This document shows positions 17,840-28,314 of a DNA stretch of 64,000 bases, in pieces. Each line of letters begins with the position of its first letter. The stretch's first letter is position 1. A model generated the notes under the pieces. That model did no database searches and was not told the origin of the DNA. It was given only the letters and a program-made list of their open reading frames with translations. The stretch is from an uncultured Gammaproteobacteria bacterium. Its GTDB lineage: Bacteria; Patescibacteriota; Microgenomatia; UBA12405. The translations under genes and the position numbers were made by a program. The stretch covers positions 298,306 through 362,305 of the forward strand of contig CAZCYZ010000001.1 of NCBI GenBank assembly GCA_964503465.1, in the 5' to 3' direction.

Positions 17840-19673
17840 CCCTGTCGGTTTTACTTAACCATCTTTTTCTCAGGCGGACATTCTTAGGAGTTATATCTAT
17901 TAATTCGTCATCCTCAATAAAGTCAAGAGCTTCTTCAATGCTGTATTTTACTGTCGGTGCCAGAATAATCGCATCATCATTTCCCGCCGATCTCATATTC
18001 GTCAGTTGTTTCCCCTTACAGACGTTTATCTCCAAATCTCCCGCCAACGGTCTCAGGCCCACAATTTGTCCTTCATAAATCATTTCGGTTGGTGATACAA
18101 ACGTTATTCCCCTTTTTTGGGCCAAATCCAAACCGTATGACAAAGCCTTCCCCGATTCCGAAGCGATCAATACCCCGTTTCTTTGTCGTACTACCTCATC
18201 CTCAATCGGTTCATAACCCAAAAAGAAAAAATTAAGCGACATTTGCCCCCGGGTTTCCGTCATCAAGCTACTACGTAATCCCAGGGCATTTTTTTCACTT
18301 ATTTTGTAAACCATTTTTACTTGGCTCTTGTCATCACTCTGCATATCAATCATTTTGGCTTTTCTTTTTCCCAGCTCACTACTAACTGCCCCGACATAAT
18401 CGGAAGTGGTAATTACCGTCAACTCGTTAACCGGCTGGCAAACTATTCCCTTAATCTTTTTTAAAATTACTTCCGGCTTGCCAACTTCCATGGCAAATCC
18501 TTCTCGTCTCAGTTTCTCTGTCAGCATCGCCAAGTGCAACTCCCCTCGGCCTGACACCACTGTTCTAATACTGTCTTTTTGATCAACCTCCAACCTCAAC
18601 CCCAAATCAGTTTCAATTTCCACCGCCAATCTCTCCTTAAGTTCTCGACTGGTTAGGAATTTCGATTCATCCCTGGCAAAAACCGAAGTATTCGGTCCGA
18701 AACTAGCCTTTAATGTCGGTTCACTAACACTAATCGTTGGCATTGCCACCTGGCAGTGAATATCGGTTAGAGTATCACCAATTTTGATTTTTGGTACCCC
18801 GGCCAAATAAACGATTTCCCCGCTACAGGCTTCATCTATTTCGACTTTCGAAATTCCCTCATTTCGATACATCCGCTCAATTTTAAAGTTTCCCTCTACC
18901 ACCTGGTCCGGTCTTATCCAGGAAACAAAATCGTTCTTTCGAATCTTCCCCCCATTAATTCTGCCCACCGCTAATTTCCCTAAATATTCATTTCTCTCAA
19001 AGGCCGAAATCAACATCTGGAAAGGTTTATCGGGGTTTTTCACCGAACTTGGGATATTGACCATAATAGTTTCCAGTAGGGGAGTAATGTCACCTTCTTC
19101 TTCAAGCGAATTTGGTATCTTATTAAAAGCCTTTCCTTCCCGTCCGATAGCGTATACCACCGGGAAATCTAAACTATTAATATCCTTGGCCAGTGACAGA
19201 AATAATGATTCAGTATCCGACAATACCCTTTTAATATCGGCGTCCTTTCGGTCGATCTTGTTAATTACCACTATTACTTTTAACCCACTCTCCAATGCCT
19301 TTTTTAAAACAAACTTTGTTTGCGATAAAGGTCCTTCAGCCGCATCAATAATCAATAATGCTCCGTCGGCCATATTAAGCACTCTTTCGACCTCACCCCC
19401 AAAATCTGCATGACCCGGAGTATCAATAATATTTATTTTGGTATTTTTATAAAAAATTGATGTATTTTTCGACATTATCGTAATTCCCTTTTCCCGCTCC
19501 AGTTCATTACTGTCCATGATCCTGTCAATGGTCATCTCTTCTTGGTTATCCCGGAATGTGTGAGTTTGTTTTAACATCGCATCCACCAATGTCGTTTTCC
19601 CATGGTCAACATGAGCAATCACCGCTACATTAATAATATCCCCAAAATTAGGCATTCGCTCATTATACTCCAT
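17811..19673 (-). CDS. typA: translational GTPase TypA/BipA
   Basis: Begins INVAVIAHVDHGKTTLVDAML. The G-domain motifs DTPGHADFGGEVER and NKIDR are present. Length and EF-G-like domain order fit BipA. The true start may be Met7. Confidence 0.9.
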   Translation of the reverse strand: MEYNERMPNFGDIINVAVIAHVDHGKTTLVDAMLKQTHTFRDNQEEMTIDRIMDSNELEREKGITIMSKNTSIFYKNTKINIIDTPGHADFGGEVERVLNMADGALLIIDAAEGPLSQTKFVLKKALESGLKVIVVINKIDRKDADIKRVLSDTESLFLSLAKDINSLDFPVVYAIGREGKAFNKIPNSLEEEGDITPLLETIMVNIPSSVKNPDKPFQMLISAFERNEYLGKLAVGRINGGKIRKNDFVSWIRPDQVVEGNFKIERMYRNEGISKVEIDEACSGEIVYLAGVPKIKIGDTLTDIHCQVAMPTISVSEPTLKASFGPNTSVFARDESKFLTSRELKERLAVEIETDLGLRLEVDQKDSIRTVVSGRGELHLAMLTEKLRREGFAMEVGKPEVILKKIKGIVCQPVNELTVITTSDYVGAVSSELGKRKAKMIDMQSDDKSQVKMVYKISEKNALGLRSSLMTETRGQMSLNFFFLGYEPIEDEVVRQRNGVLIASESGKALSYGLDLAQKRGITFVSPTEMIYEGQIVGLRPLAGDLEINVCKGKQLTNMRSAGNDDAIILAPTVKYSIEEALDFIEDDELIDITPKNVRLRKRWLSKTDRVRYQRGLKG

Positions 19674-19675
19674 AG

Positions 19676-20407
19676 TTGCTAAAATGGTCTATGCAAACAG
19701 TCAAATCTCTTCTTTTGGTCCTTGTTTCTTTTTTCGCTTCATTTTTTCACCAACCGTCTCAAACCATTACCAGGCTTCAAGAGAACATCAATCCCGCTCC
19801 TACCAAAATTCTTGACAATGGCCTCCCCAACAAACATCTTATCAAAACAGCTTTTGTCGCTCAGGCTCCTGAAAAACAATGGGATCAACCATGGCAAGAC
19901 GCCTGTGAAGAAGCCGCGCTTATAACTGTCGATTATTATTACCGTCAAATCTCTCCCTCAATCGTTGACCAAAAAAATGCCATTCTTTCAATGATCACCT
20001 TCGAGGACCAGCAAGGTTGGACTCATGACGTCAACTTGAATCAGATGGCCATCATCGGATCCCAGTACCTTAGCTATCAAACCAAAATTATTACCAATCC
20101 TAGTATCAAAGATATTAAAACTTATCTTGCTCAAGACATTCCAGTTATCATCCCTGCCAATGGCAAAACACTTTATCGTGAAAACCGCCATTTCAAAAAT
20201 GGCGGTCCTTGGTATCACAATTTAGTTATTCTTGGCTACAATGACGAACTTAATCAATTCACCGTACATGATGTTGGTACTCAGTTTGGCCCATATTTCC
20301 ACTATACATATAATACTATTCTTGATAGTATCCACGACTTTCCTTCCACTGGTCACAAAGAGGACATCAATTCTGGACCCAAAAAAATCCTACTTTTGTT
20401 AAAATAG
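19676..20407 (+). CDS. secreted peptidase C39-like domain protein
   Basis: N-terminal signal or TM segment. The motif QPWQDACEEAALITVDYYY (the Cys context of the C39_2 family), and later HNLVILGYND with a His. Confidence 0.45.
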   Translation: MLKWSMQTVKSLLLVLVSFFASFFHQPSQTITRLQENINPAPTKILDNGLPNKHLIKTAFVAQAPEKQWDQPWQDACEEAALITVDYYYRQISPSIVDQKNAILSMITFEDQQGWTHDVNLNQMAIIGSQYLSYQTKIITNPSIKDIKTYLAQDIPVIIPANGKTLYRENRHFKNGGPWYHNLVILGYNDELNQFTVHDVGTQFGPYFHYTYNTILDSIHDFPSTGHKEDINSGPKKILLLLK

Positions 20408-20410
20408 GCC

Positions 20411-21004
20411 ATGACCAAACCCAAACTGTCTTCACTTCTCATCGTTTTATTTAGTTGTTCTCTTCTGTCAGCCTGTGGCCCCAGTCAAAAATCTTCCCCG
20501 TCTGTCGATTCCGACAATCCCAGCCCAACTAATTCCACCCTTACCATTATTCCTTCAATCCAAAATATGAACGACACTGTTGTTACTCTTAAAACCAAGT
20601 CTGGTCCTATCGCTCTTAAGTTATATTCCAAAGAAGCCCCCAAAACAGTTGCTAATTTTCTCAAAAAAGTCAACAGCGGTTTCTACAACAATCTCAGTTT
20701 CCATCGTGTCGAACCAGGTTTTGTTGTTCAAGGAGGTGATCCTCAAGGAAATGGTACTGGAGGCGGCAAAATTTCTTCAGAAATCAATACCATTGCCTTT
20801 AGGCGTGGCTCTCTAGGCTTGGCCCGTGGCCCAATCAAATCTGAATCAAATGATAGTCAATTCTTTATTTGCCTTAGTTCCGACACCTGCTCCCACCTTA
20901 CCAACGAATATGTCAACTTTGGTGAAGTTATCTCTGGCATGGAATTTGTTGATCAAATTAAGGTCGGAGACAAAATTGTCGAAATTACCCCCTATACCAA
21001 ATGA
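20411..21004 (+). CDS. cyclophilin-type peptidyl-prolyl cis-trans isomerase, lipoprotein
   Basis: Lipobox LLSAC, then FHRVEPGFVVQGGDPQGNGTGG. Confidence 0.85.
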   Translation: MTKPKLSSLLIVLFSCSLLSACGPSQKSSPSVDSDNPSPTNSTLTIIPSIQNMNDTVVTLKTKSGPIALKLYSKEAPKTVANFLKKVNSGFYNNLSFHRVEPGFVVQGGDPQGNGTGGGKISSEINTIAFRRGSLGLARGPIKSESNDSQFFICLSSDTCSHLTNEYVNFGEVISGMEFVDQIKVGDKIVEITPYTK

Positions 21005-21378
21005 GGAAGTTTCTCCTAATTATTATTGCCCTCGTTGGTGTTGTTGGGCTTTTCAAGCTTTTATCCACCAATCCCTCTGCCACTGGTAGTCCCGAAAATG
21101 AATCAGACGTCATTCTCTATTGGGGGATCGATTGCCCTCACTGTGAAAAAGTTAAAGAATACATCAAAAACAAACAAATTGACCAGCAGGTCAAGGTTAC
21201 TTACAAAGAAGTCTATTATAATCAACAGAACAAGAAGGATTTAGAAGATACCGCCACTCAATGCCAGATTGATACCAAAGATGGCATTGGAGTCCCTTTG
21301 GCATACTTTAAAAACCCTCCACTTTGCCTTGTGGGTGACCAACCGATTATTGACAAGTTAAGCTCAATGTTACAATGA
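21001..21378 (+). CDS. membrane-anchored thioredoxin-fold protein (CPHC active site)
   Basis: N-terminal TM helix. ILYWGIDCPHCEKVKEYI has a CxxC motif in a thioredoxin/DsbA-like context. Confidence 0.45.
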   Translation: MRKFLLIIIALVGVVGLFKLLSTNPSATGSPENESDVILYWGIDCPHCEKVKEYIKNKQIDQQVKVTYKEVYYNQQNKKDLEDTATQCQIDTKDGIGVPLAYFKNPPLCLVGDQPIIDKLSSMLQ

Positions 21379-21381
21379 GTT

Positions 21382-21729
21382 GTGTCCCACAAATCCCACG
21401 AATCTGACTTTCACCTTGGCCCAAAACACCTTATTCGATTAACTATCTTCATCATTATTTATCTTTTAATTATTCAATTCCTAACCACCTCCTCTAAAAA
21501 ACCGTTATCTTTAATTCCAAAACTTCCGTCACTTTATCAATTACTTCCTCAAAAAAGTCGCCAACAATTGGATAACATTAATCAAAACCCCAATCTTATT
21601 TTCATCCAAAACAAAGTTTTTCAGGTCCAAAATCAATTAAAAGACTTTCCCCAGCAACAAATCAAAGATTTTCAAAAATGGTTAATCAAAAGTGTTTCTC
21701 AACAATTACTTAAAAACCTCGAACCATAA
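21382..21729 (+). CDS. hypothetical membrane-anchored protein
   Basis: 115 aa with one TM helix and a Gln-rich tail. No recognised motif. Confidence 0.3.
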   Translation: MSHKSHESDFHLGPKHLIRLTIFIIIYLLIIQFLTTSSKKPLSLIPKLPSLYQLLPQKSRQQLDNINQNPNLIFIQNKVFQVQNQLKDFPQQQIKDFQKWLIKSVSQQLLKNLEP

Positions 21730-22799
21730 TGTCAATCACCGATCTCAAAACCAAACTCACCAACACTGCCCAGAAACTCAATCTTTCTTCAAAGCGACAA
21801 GAACTATCCCAGCTCAAGGCTATTTCAGCCGACCCTATCTTTTGGCATGATCCATCCAAAGCTTCCAAAACCATGCAACAAATATCCCACCTGGAGTCAA
21901 TTATCAACACCGTTGACGCTCTTCAACACGAACTTGACACCATTGAAGGACTCGAATCTATCTCTGCCCAATCTAACGACCCAGCTTTCCAGTTAGAATT
22001 TAATCAAGCCTATCAACAATTATCTCAAAATATTACTAACCTTGAAAATCAAATTTATCTTTCCGGTAAATACGATAATTGTGATGTAATCTTCTCTATT
22101 CATGCTGGCCAAGGTGGTACTGAAGCCATGGATTGGGCCTCAATGCTGCAGCGGATGTACCTCCATTTCTTCGACAAAAGGGGATGGAAGTATCAGCTAC
22201 TAGATCTTACCCCGGGCGAAGAAACCGGCGTTAAGTCAGTCTATTTCAAGATCACTGGTGCCACTATTTACGGATATCTCCGCCACGAACACGGAACTCA
22301 CCGTTTGGTTCGTTTATCTCCTTTCAATGCTGATAATCTCCGCCAAACTTCTTTTGCCAAAGTCGAAGTTGTTCCTGTTATCGTTGATTCTCCAGAAGTT
22401 GTTATTCGTCCCGAAGATATTGAGTTCAGTGCCTATCGCGCCGGGGGGCACGGCGGTCAAAATGTCAATAAAGTTTCGACAGCAGTCAGGTTAACCCATA
22501 AGCCCACCGGCATTACTGTCGCTTGTCAAAGCCAGCGTTCCCAAGATCAAAATCGGCTTCTGGCCATGGAAATGCTTCAATCAAAACTTTGGGCCATTGA
22601 AGAAGAAAAACGAACCTCCGAGGCACAAAACATCAAGGGAGAAAATGTTATTGCCGGTTGGGGCCGACAAATCAGATCTTATGTTCTTCATCCTTATAAG
22701 TTAGTCAAAGACTTACGTACCAAATACGAAACTTCTGATGCCGAATCTGTTCTTAATGGCAATCTTGATGCCTTTATCACCGCTGAGATCAAATTATGA
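21729..22799 (+). CDS. prfB: peptide chain release factor 2
   Basis: The SPF tripeptide ([16 protein letters not shown]) and the GGQ motif ([20 protein letters not shown]) are present. The 356-aa reading frame is continuous, with no +1 frameshift site. Confidence 0.85.
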   Translation: MSITDLKTKLTNTAQKLNLSSKRQELSQLKAISADPIFWHDPSKASKTMQQISHLESIINTVDALQHELDTIEGLESISAQSNDPAFQLEFNQAYQQLSQNITNLENQIYLSGKYDNCDVIFSIHAGQGGTEAMDWASMLQRMYLHFFDKRGWKYQLLDLTPGEETGVKSVYFKITGATIYGYLRHEHGTHRLVRLSPFNADNLRQTSFAKVEVVPVIVDSPEVVIRPEDIEFSAYRAGGHGGQNVNKVSTAVRLTHKPTGITVACQSQRSQDQNRLLAMEMLQSKLWAIEEEKRTSEAQNIKGENVIAGWGRQIRSYVLHPYKLVKDLRTKYETSDAESVLNGNLDAFITAEIKL

Positions 22800-23806
22800 A
22801 ATCAGTCGCCAAAGTTCTCCTTAGCCTTCTTTTTTTAAGCGTCATTATTATGTTTATATTTTTTAACTATTTGGCTCGAAAGACTAATCAACCGTTCTAT
22901 TATTATCCACGTCTTTTTTTTCAAGCTCTCAAAAACCCTAACCTTTCCCCTGACTTTTCTTTTCTCATTCTTGGGCTTGACTATCGTGACGACACCCTAG
23001 AACAAACTCAAACCACTGATACTATTATTTTTGGCCATCTTAACTCAAGCAAGTTAACTGTTTCGCTTGTCTCCCTTCCACGTGATTTGTGGAACTACTC
23101 GTCAAGTTCAAAAATTAATCAAATATATCCCGTTTCTCTGTCCAAAGCCTCACCTCTGACCTCTATCAAAGAGCAATTTTTACCCATTATTGGTCAGCCA
23201 ATTGATCGCGTTTTGGTAATTAACACCGATACTTTGGCCAAAATAATTGATATTTTTGGTGGTGTCGATGTTTATTTACCGCAAGCCTACCGTGACACCC
23301 ATTTTCCCAATCCCGCCTACATAGAAAACCCTTCACCCCAAATCCCCACCTTTATCACTGTTGAGTTCCCTGTTGGTTGGAATCACATTGACTCTACCAA
23401 CATTGATTTTTTTGTTCGTTCTCGCAAAGGTGGCGAAACTGCCGAAACAGGAGGCACCGATCTTGGTCGGATTCATCGCCAGCAACTTCTTCTAGATAGT
23501 CTTTTTAAAAAAATAAAAACTGATTCATCGATTCTTGAATTCGACACCCTGGTCAAACTCTATCAATTATTTCATCAAGAACTCTTTACTGACATTACCG
23601 ATAATGACTTATTCAGTCTCATCCTTCATTATCGTCGTCAACTACTCAATTTATCACTCCAACGTTTTGAAGTTCCTGTTGGGGCTAATCCACAATCAAG
23701 TCCCATCTACGATCCTGGCAAGCTTGTATATGGCCAATGGCTTTTTCTACCATCAGACAAAGGCTACCAACAGCTCCATCAATTCATCAAAGATAGACTT
23801 TTGTGA
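22796..23806 (+). CDS. LytR-CpsA-Psr (LCP) family glycopolymer transferase
   Basis: N-terminal TM helix, then ILGLDYRDD...[26 protein letters not shown]. Confidence 0.75.
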   Translation: MKSVAKVLLSLLFLSVIIMFIFFNYLARKTNQPFYYYPRLFFQALKNPNLSPDFSFLILGLDYRDDTLEQTQTTDTIIFGHLNSSKLTVSLVSLPRDLWNYSSSSKINQIYPVSLSKASPLTSIKEQFLPIIGQPIDRVLVINTDTLAKIIDIFGGVDVYLPQAYRDTHFPNPAYIENPSPQIPTFITVEFPVGWNHIDSTNIDFFVRSRKGGETAETGGTDLGRIHRQQLLLDSLFKKIKTDSSILEFDTLVKLYQLFHQELFTDITDNDLFSLILHYRRQLLNLSLQRFEVPVGANPQSSPIYDPGKLVYGQWLFLPSDKGYQQLHQFIKDRLL

Positions 23807-24477
23807 CCACTTATTACCAAATCCACCACTACCGCTTCCAATACCTTATTCGAATTATCGATCGGCTTAACCTTCCCTCAAAATCAAAAGTCCTCGACCT
23901 CGGGTGTTATCCTCTTTATTTATTTCGCTTGCTTCGCCACCGTGGTTTTAATGTTTTTGGAGTCTCCTCCTCGCACGAAAAAGTTGTTAATCCCAAAATC
24001 AATGTTCTCAATCTTGAAACTGACCAGCTTCCTTACCCGTCCCTAAGTTTTAAATTGGTTATCCTATCGGAGGTTATTGAGCACTTGTCAACTTCTCCTA
24101 TTAAGCTTTTCAATGAGGTTTACCGCACCCTTCTCCCTGGTGGTTATTTTTTGCTTACCACCCCCAACGTCGTTCGCTTTCAAAACTTGATTAATTTACT
24201 TTTAGGTAAAAATATATATTTCCCCCTATCTCAACTATCACAAAATATTAATCATCGCCATCACCGCGAATACACTCTGACCGAACTACTAACCTATTTC
24301 AACCCCAACCAGTATTCAATAATTAAAGCTCAACACTTTATCTCCTATCCTCCCTATCGACCAAAGAATCGTCACGATAACCCTGTCCTTAAACTAATCA
24401 AATATCTTAATTTTGCACTTATGTCTGTTTTCCCCTCCAGAAGAGATACCATTCTCATCCTAGCCCAGAAAATCTAA
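23803..24477 (+). CDS. class I SAM-dependent methyltransferase
   Basis: KVLDLGCYP (motif I-like) and LLPGGYFLLTTPN. Confidence 0.6.
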   Translation: MTTYYQIHHYRFQYLIRIIDRLNLPSKSKVLDLGCYPLYLFRLLRHRGFNVFGVSSSHEKVVNPKINVLNLETDQLPYPSLSFKLVILSEVIEHLSTSPIKLFNEVYRTLLPGGYFLLTTPNVVRFQNLINLLLGKNIYFPLSQLSQNINHRHHREYTLTELLTYFNPNQYSIIKAQHFISYPPYRPKNRHDNPVLKLIKYLNFALMSVFPSRRDTILILAQKI

Positions 24478-24495
24478 TTTGCTATACTCTTTATT

Positions 24496-24981
24496 ATGGA
24501 CATACCAAATCTTACCTCGCCCTCTACTACTCCTCTGTCATCTCTTCCCCCAAGTCCAACAAAAAAATCCAACATTGTCTACATATTAGCCATAGTCCTA
24601 GCTATTACTGTCGGATTTTGGTTGTCACGTTTCTCGTCAGTCAAGCCGTCAGGCGTTTCGAGCGATAATCTTGCCGGGAATGTTGTCCCCGCTGAGGAAA
24701 TTTCTCAGAAAGAAAACATCAAAGCCGGTATTGTCTATGGGGATAATGCCGCTAATTTTAAGGACACCGCCTCCGGAGTGATCAAAAAAGGTGGTATTAA
24801 TGGTGAAGGAACTCACACCCTAGAACGTGCCGGAGGGGCATCTCAAAATGCTTCTCTTACCTCCTCCACTCTTGATCTTGATCTATTTGTTGATCGTAAG
24901 GTTGAAGTTCGTGGCGAAACTAATGCTTCCAATAAGTCTGGTTGGCTATTAGATGTTGGTAGTATCAAAGTACTCGAATAA
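24496..24981 (+). CDS. hypothetical membrane-anchored extracytoplasmic protein
   Basis: Pro/Ser-rich N-terminus, one TM helix (IVYILAIVLAITVGFWL) and a Gly/Ser-rich ectodomain. Confidence 0.35.
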   Translation: MDIPNLTSPSTTPLSSLPPSPTKKSNIVYILAIVLAITVGFWLSRFSSVKPSGVSSDNLAGNVVPAEEISQKENIKAGIVYGDNAANFKDTASGVIKKGGINGEGTHTLERAGGASQNASLTSSTLDLDLFVDRKVEVRGETNASNKSGWLLDVGSIKVLE

Positions 24982-24992
24982 ATGCCACTAAC

Positions 24993-25655
24993 ATGAGACT
25001 CTGCCTAACTCATGTCTCCAAAAGTTTTGGATCCATTGTTACTCTCAAAGAAGTTGATCTAGAAATACAACCCGGGGAGTTTGTCTTTATTTGCGGGCCA
25101 TCAGGAGCCGGTAAGTCAACCCTTATTAAATTGATCCTTGGTCAAATCAAACCCACCTCGGGTCAAATAATTGTGGGGGATATTGATATTACCAAAGCCT
25201 CAAAACGTCAGCTAGAACTAGTCAGAAGAAAAATCGGAGTCATTTTCCAAGACTATCAACTCATACCTGACCAAACTATTGAAGAAAACATTGTTCTCAG
25301 CCTTGACATTGTCTCCTTTCCCGAATCCGAAATTGCCTCCCGAGTTAATGAGGTTCTCAAAAAAGTTGGTCTACTCAACCGCCGTCACCTCTTCCCTTCA
25401 CAACTCTCCGGTGGTGAGCTTCAACGAGCCGCCCTCGCCAGAGCCTTATCCATTCAACCAGAAATAATCCTCGCCGATGAACCAACCGGCAATCTAGACG
25501 TCGATAATAGCTGGAACTTATTAAAATTACTCAAGGACATTAATCGCCAAAATGGGACTACTGTTGTTATTACCACTCATGATCAGGGAATTATTGAAAC
25601 TCTTGGTCGTAGAACTATATATATTAAAAACGGTCATCTTTCTGATAACCTATGA
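24993..25655 (+). CDS. ftsE: cell-division ABC ATPase FtsE
   Basis: Walker A GPSGAGKST, signature LSGGELQR and Walker B ILADEPTGNLD. The gene sits immediately upstream of an FtsX-like permease. Confidence 0.85.
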   Translation: MRLCLTHVSKSFGSIVTLKEVDLEIQPGEFVFICGPSGAGKSTLIKLILGQIKPTSGQIIVGDIDITKASKRQLELVRRKIGVIFQDYQLIPDQTIEENIVLSLDIVSFPESEIASRVNEVLKKVGLLNRRHLFPSQLSGGELQRAALARALSIQPEIILADEPTGNLDVDNSWNLLKLLKDINRQNGTTVVITTHDQGIIETLGRRTIYIKNGHLSDNL

Positions 25656-26524
25656 TTCAGACCAAAACTACTTGGCACCATCTTCGTCGATCTCCTTTTC
25701 AAAGCTTAGCCGCCTTCTTTATCACCTCACTTTCTTTTTTTGTTATCGTTGCCTACATCATTCTCAGTTTCGGTATTTCTGCCACCATGCAGTATTTTCA
25801 AACCAAGCCAGAAATTACCATTTTTCTCAAGGACGGCCTGGAACGAAGTCAGGTCGAAGGTCTTCAGCAAGAATTGGCCTCATATTCCAACATTAAAGAA
25901 ATAAAATTCATCTCCAAGGAACAAGCTCTTAGCCTGTATCGCCAGCAAAACAGCAACAATCCTCTTCTAACCGAAATGGTCACTGCCAGTATTCTTCCAG
26001 CATCTTTCGAGGTATCTGCCACTGATCCCAAAATGCTTAAAACAATTTCTGACAATTTCTCTCAAAAAACTAATCTTGTCGAAGAGATTGTTTTTGAACA
26101 GGATATTGTTAACGCTCTTATTACCTGGGTTGCGGTTTTTCGCCAGATTGGGTTAATTACCTCAATTAGCCTTCTGTTAACCTCTTTTGTCATCATTTTG
26201 GTAATTATCGGTATGAAAGTTACCAGCCACAAGGATGAAATAAAAATTAGTCGACTGCTTGGGGCTTCAAGACTTTACGTTGAGTCTCCTTTTGTTTTTG
26301 AGGGAATCATTTACGGTATTTTAGGTAGCCTGGCCGGCACCTTTTCTTGTTTTATTTTGGCTTTTTATCTCCGTCCCCGCCTAAATCTTTTCTTTCAGCC
26401 AATAGTTTTCATTAGCACCGACCCACTGTTTTTTCTCATCCTGGCCATTGGGGCAGTTACCGGTGGTACCCTTATTGGATATTTCAGTAGTTGGTCTAGC
26501 GTTCGCAGGTTCATCAAATTCTAA
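25652..26524 (+). CDS. ftsX: FtsX-like permease
   Basis: 290 aa. TM1, then an extracytoplasmic loop, then three C-terminal TM helices. Coupled to ftsE (ATGA overlap). Confidence 0.75.
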   Translation: MIQTKTTWHHLRRSPFQSLAAFFITSLSFFVIVAYIILSFGISATMQYFQTKPEITIFLKDGLERSQVEGLQQELASYSNIKEIKFISKEQALSLYRQQNSNNPLLTEMVTASILPASFEVSATDPKMLKTISDNFSQKTNLVEEIVFEQDIVNALITWVAVFRQIGLITSISLLLTSFVIILVIIGMKVTSHKDEIKISRLLGASRLYVESPFVFEGIIYGILGSLAGTFSCFILAFYLRPRLNLFFQPIVFISTDPLFFLILAIGAVTGGTLIGYFSSWSSVRRFIKF

Positions 26525-26526
26525 CC

Positions 26527-27624
26527 GTGGTTCTTCTTGTTGTTCTATTTACTTTAGTTTTTAGCTTGTTTCCGGTTTCTTCGTTTGCGGCTTGCTCTGA
26601 CTCTTGTCAAAACAGTCAAGAATGCCAGAACATCATCAACGAATGCAGCCAAAAACTTGACGAACTTTCGAAATCCAAAGACACCCTTAGCAATCAAATA
26701 AAAATCATCAATTCGCAGGTCGAGCTTACTTTACTCAAAATCACTCAAACAGAAACCGCAATCACTAGTTTGATTAAAGAGATTAATAACCTTTCTTCCA
26801 AAATCGAATCTCTTGATGTCTACCTAAACCAACTTTCTCTTAGCTTTATCAATCTCACCAATCAAAATTATCACTTTTCCAAACAAAACCCTCTTTTTGC
26901 CTTTCTGTTTACCGGTAATCTGAACAATTTCTTGCGTCAATATAAGTACACCGCCACTATCCAAAAACAGGTCCGAAATAACCTTCTTGATTTTGAAACC
27001 ACCCGAACCAATTTCAACATCCAAAAAGACGAAAAGAAACGAAAACAGGCCGAACTTGAAGTTCTTCAAAAAAAGCTTTCAGAGCAGAAAAACAGTCTCG
27101 CCCACCAAAAAAGCAGCAAGGTAAATTTATTAGAAATTACCAAAAATGACGAGAAGCGCTATCAGCAGCTCAAAAAAGCCGCTGAAGATGAACTCAATTC
27201 ATTATTAACCGCCAAGCTAGACAAGGTCATTCAGGTTAAAAAAGGTCAAGCCATTGGTCTTATGGGCAACACCGGCTATTCATTTGGGGATCATCTTCAC
27301 TTTGGCCTTTATCAACTAGCCGAATCAAATCTAAAGTCCTGGGCTTACGCCAACGACAGTGACCCGCTCGATTACCTTAAACAAAACCTTTGGCCAATGA
27401 ATGACCCTATCGAAGTGACTCAGGGTAGGGGAGTTACCAAATACTCCTATCTTTACAAAGATCATTACCACCATGGAATTGATATGGTCTCTCAAAACAA
27501 GGTGGTCAGGGCCGTTAACGATGGGGTCGCTTATATCTATCGTAATTCACAAAGTAGCCTTGGCAACCACATCAAGATTTTTCACTCAGACGGCAAAATG
27601 TCACTTTATCTTCACCTTCAGTAG
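26527..27624 (+). CDS. coiled-coil M23 (LytM) peptidase, EnvC-like partner of FtsEX
   Basis: Signal peptide, a long coiled-coil, and a C-terminal M23 domain (GNTGYSFGDHLHFGLYQ ... HHGIDM). Confidence 0.75.
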   Translation: MVLLVVLFTLVFSLFPVSSFAACSDSCQNSQECQNIINECSQKLDELSKSKDTLSNQIKIINSQVELTLLKITQTETAITSLIKEINNLSSKIESLDVYLNQLSLSFINLTNQNYHFSKQNPLFAFLFTGNLNNFLRQYKYTATIQKQVRNNLLDFETTRTNFNIQKDEKKRKQAELEVLQKKLSEQKNSLAHQKSSKVNLLEITKNDEKRYQQLKKAAEDELNSLLTAKLDKVIQVKKGQAIGLMGNTGYSFGDHLHFGLYQLAESNLKSWAYANDSDPLDYLKQNLWPMNDPIEVTQGRGVTKYSYLYKDHYHHGIDMVSQNKVVRAVNDGVAYIYRNSQSSLGNHIKIFHSDGKMSLYLHLQ

Positions 27625-28232
27625 TCCCGAGAAAATTTCCTCAAACTCCAGCCTGCCGCAGCAGTCATTGCCAATATTCCGGTTTTATAGATCATGTCAA
27701 CATCTCCAGTAGTTGGTACGGTTTTACTCATCACATAATACTTTGCTGTGTCCCTATCACCATCAGCATAGACCACATTCTCCATTAGCCGTGGATTAGT
27801 CGATGAATACCAGCTCGGTACACCATTAATCATTCCACGAATGTTAAACCTTTTGATCTCACCTGTTTTTAGCTCGTCAATTCTCCACTCAACGATATTC
27901 GAATCGGTATTATATGTCCCCGGGTAAAATATAAGCTTCAAATACACCGGCAACTTATCAGTTACCTTAATATTCTCAAAAGTCTCATCGGAAGTATTCT
28001 CCACCGTTACAATAAACTCAATCGTCTCCCCCTCAACAAAAACCTTTTGTCCTTTGTCAAAATTATCGGCCACTAAACCGTCGCTAAAGGACTTGATCTT
28101 TTTGTCAATCAGCACTTCCCCGCCAATTTCCTCATTTTGGTATTGGGCACCTACCTGAACCGGGGCAAACAATACCGTCATTACGCCAATACACCCCATG
28201 GCTATTTTTAACTGTCTTAATACGGATTGCAT
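27618..28232 (-). CDS. secreted surface protein with a C-terminal sortase sorting signal (VPTTG)
   Basis: Signal peptide (MQSVLRQLKIAMGCIGVMTVLFAPVQVGA), beta-rich repeat-like ectodomain. The C-terminus has VPTTG, a hydrophobic stretch ILAMTAAAGWSL and a basic tail RKFSRDY. Confidence 0.5.
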   Translation of the reverse strand: MQSVLRQLKIAMGCIGVMTVLFAPVQVGAQYQNEEIGGEVLIDKKIKSFSDGLVADNFDKGQKVFVEGETIEFIVTVENTSDETFENIKVTDKLPVYLKLIFYPGTYNTDSNIVEWRIDELKTGEIKRFNIRGMINGVPSWYSSTNPRLMENVVYADGDRDTAKYYVMSKTVPTTGDVDMIYKTGILAMTAAAGWSLRKFSRDY

Positions 28233-28314
28233 ATATGTACAATAAATAAGATTACAGGCTATTATACCGAACCTTTGGTAGCTTGTCAACCACGGCTTTG
28301 CTATACTCTTAGAC

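Noticed and set aside
19674-19690. Essentially zero-length divergent intergenic region between typA (minus) and the C39-like gene (plus)
   Set aside because: It most likely reflects over-extended start calls on both genes. typA probably starts at Met7 (about 19655) and the C39-like gene at a downstream Met. It is not a biologically meaningful overlap.
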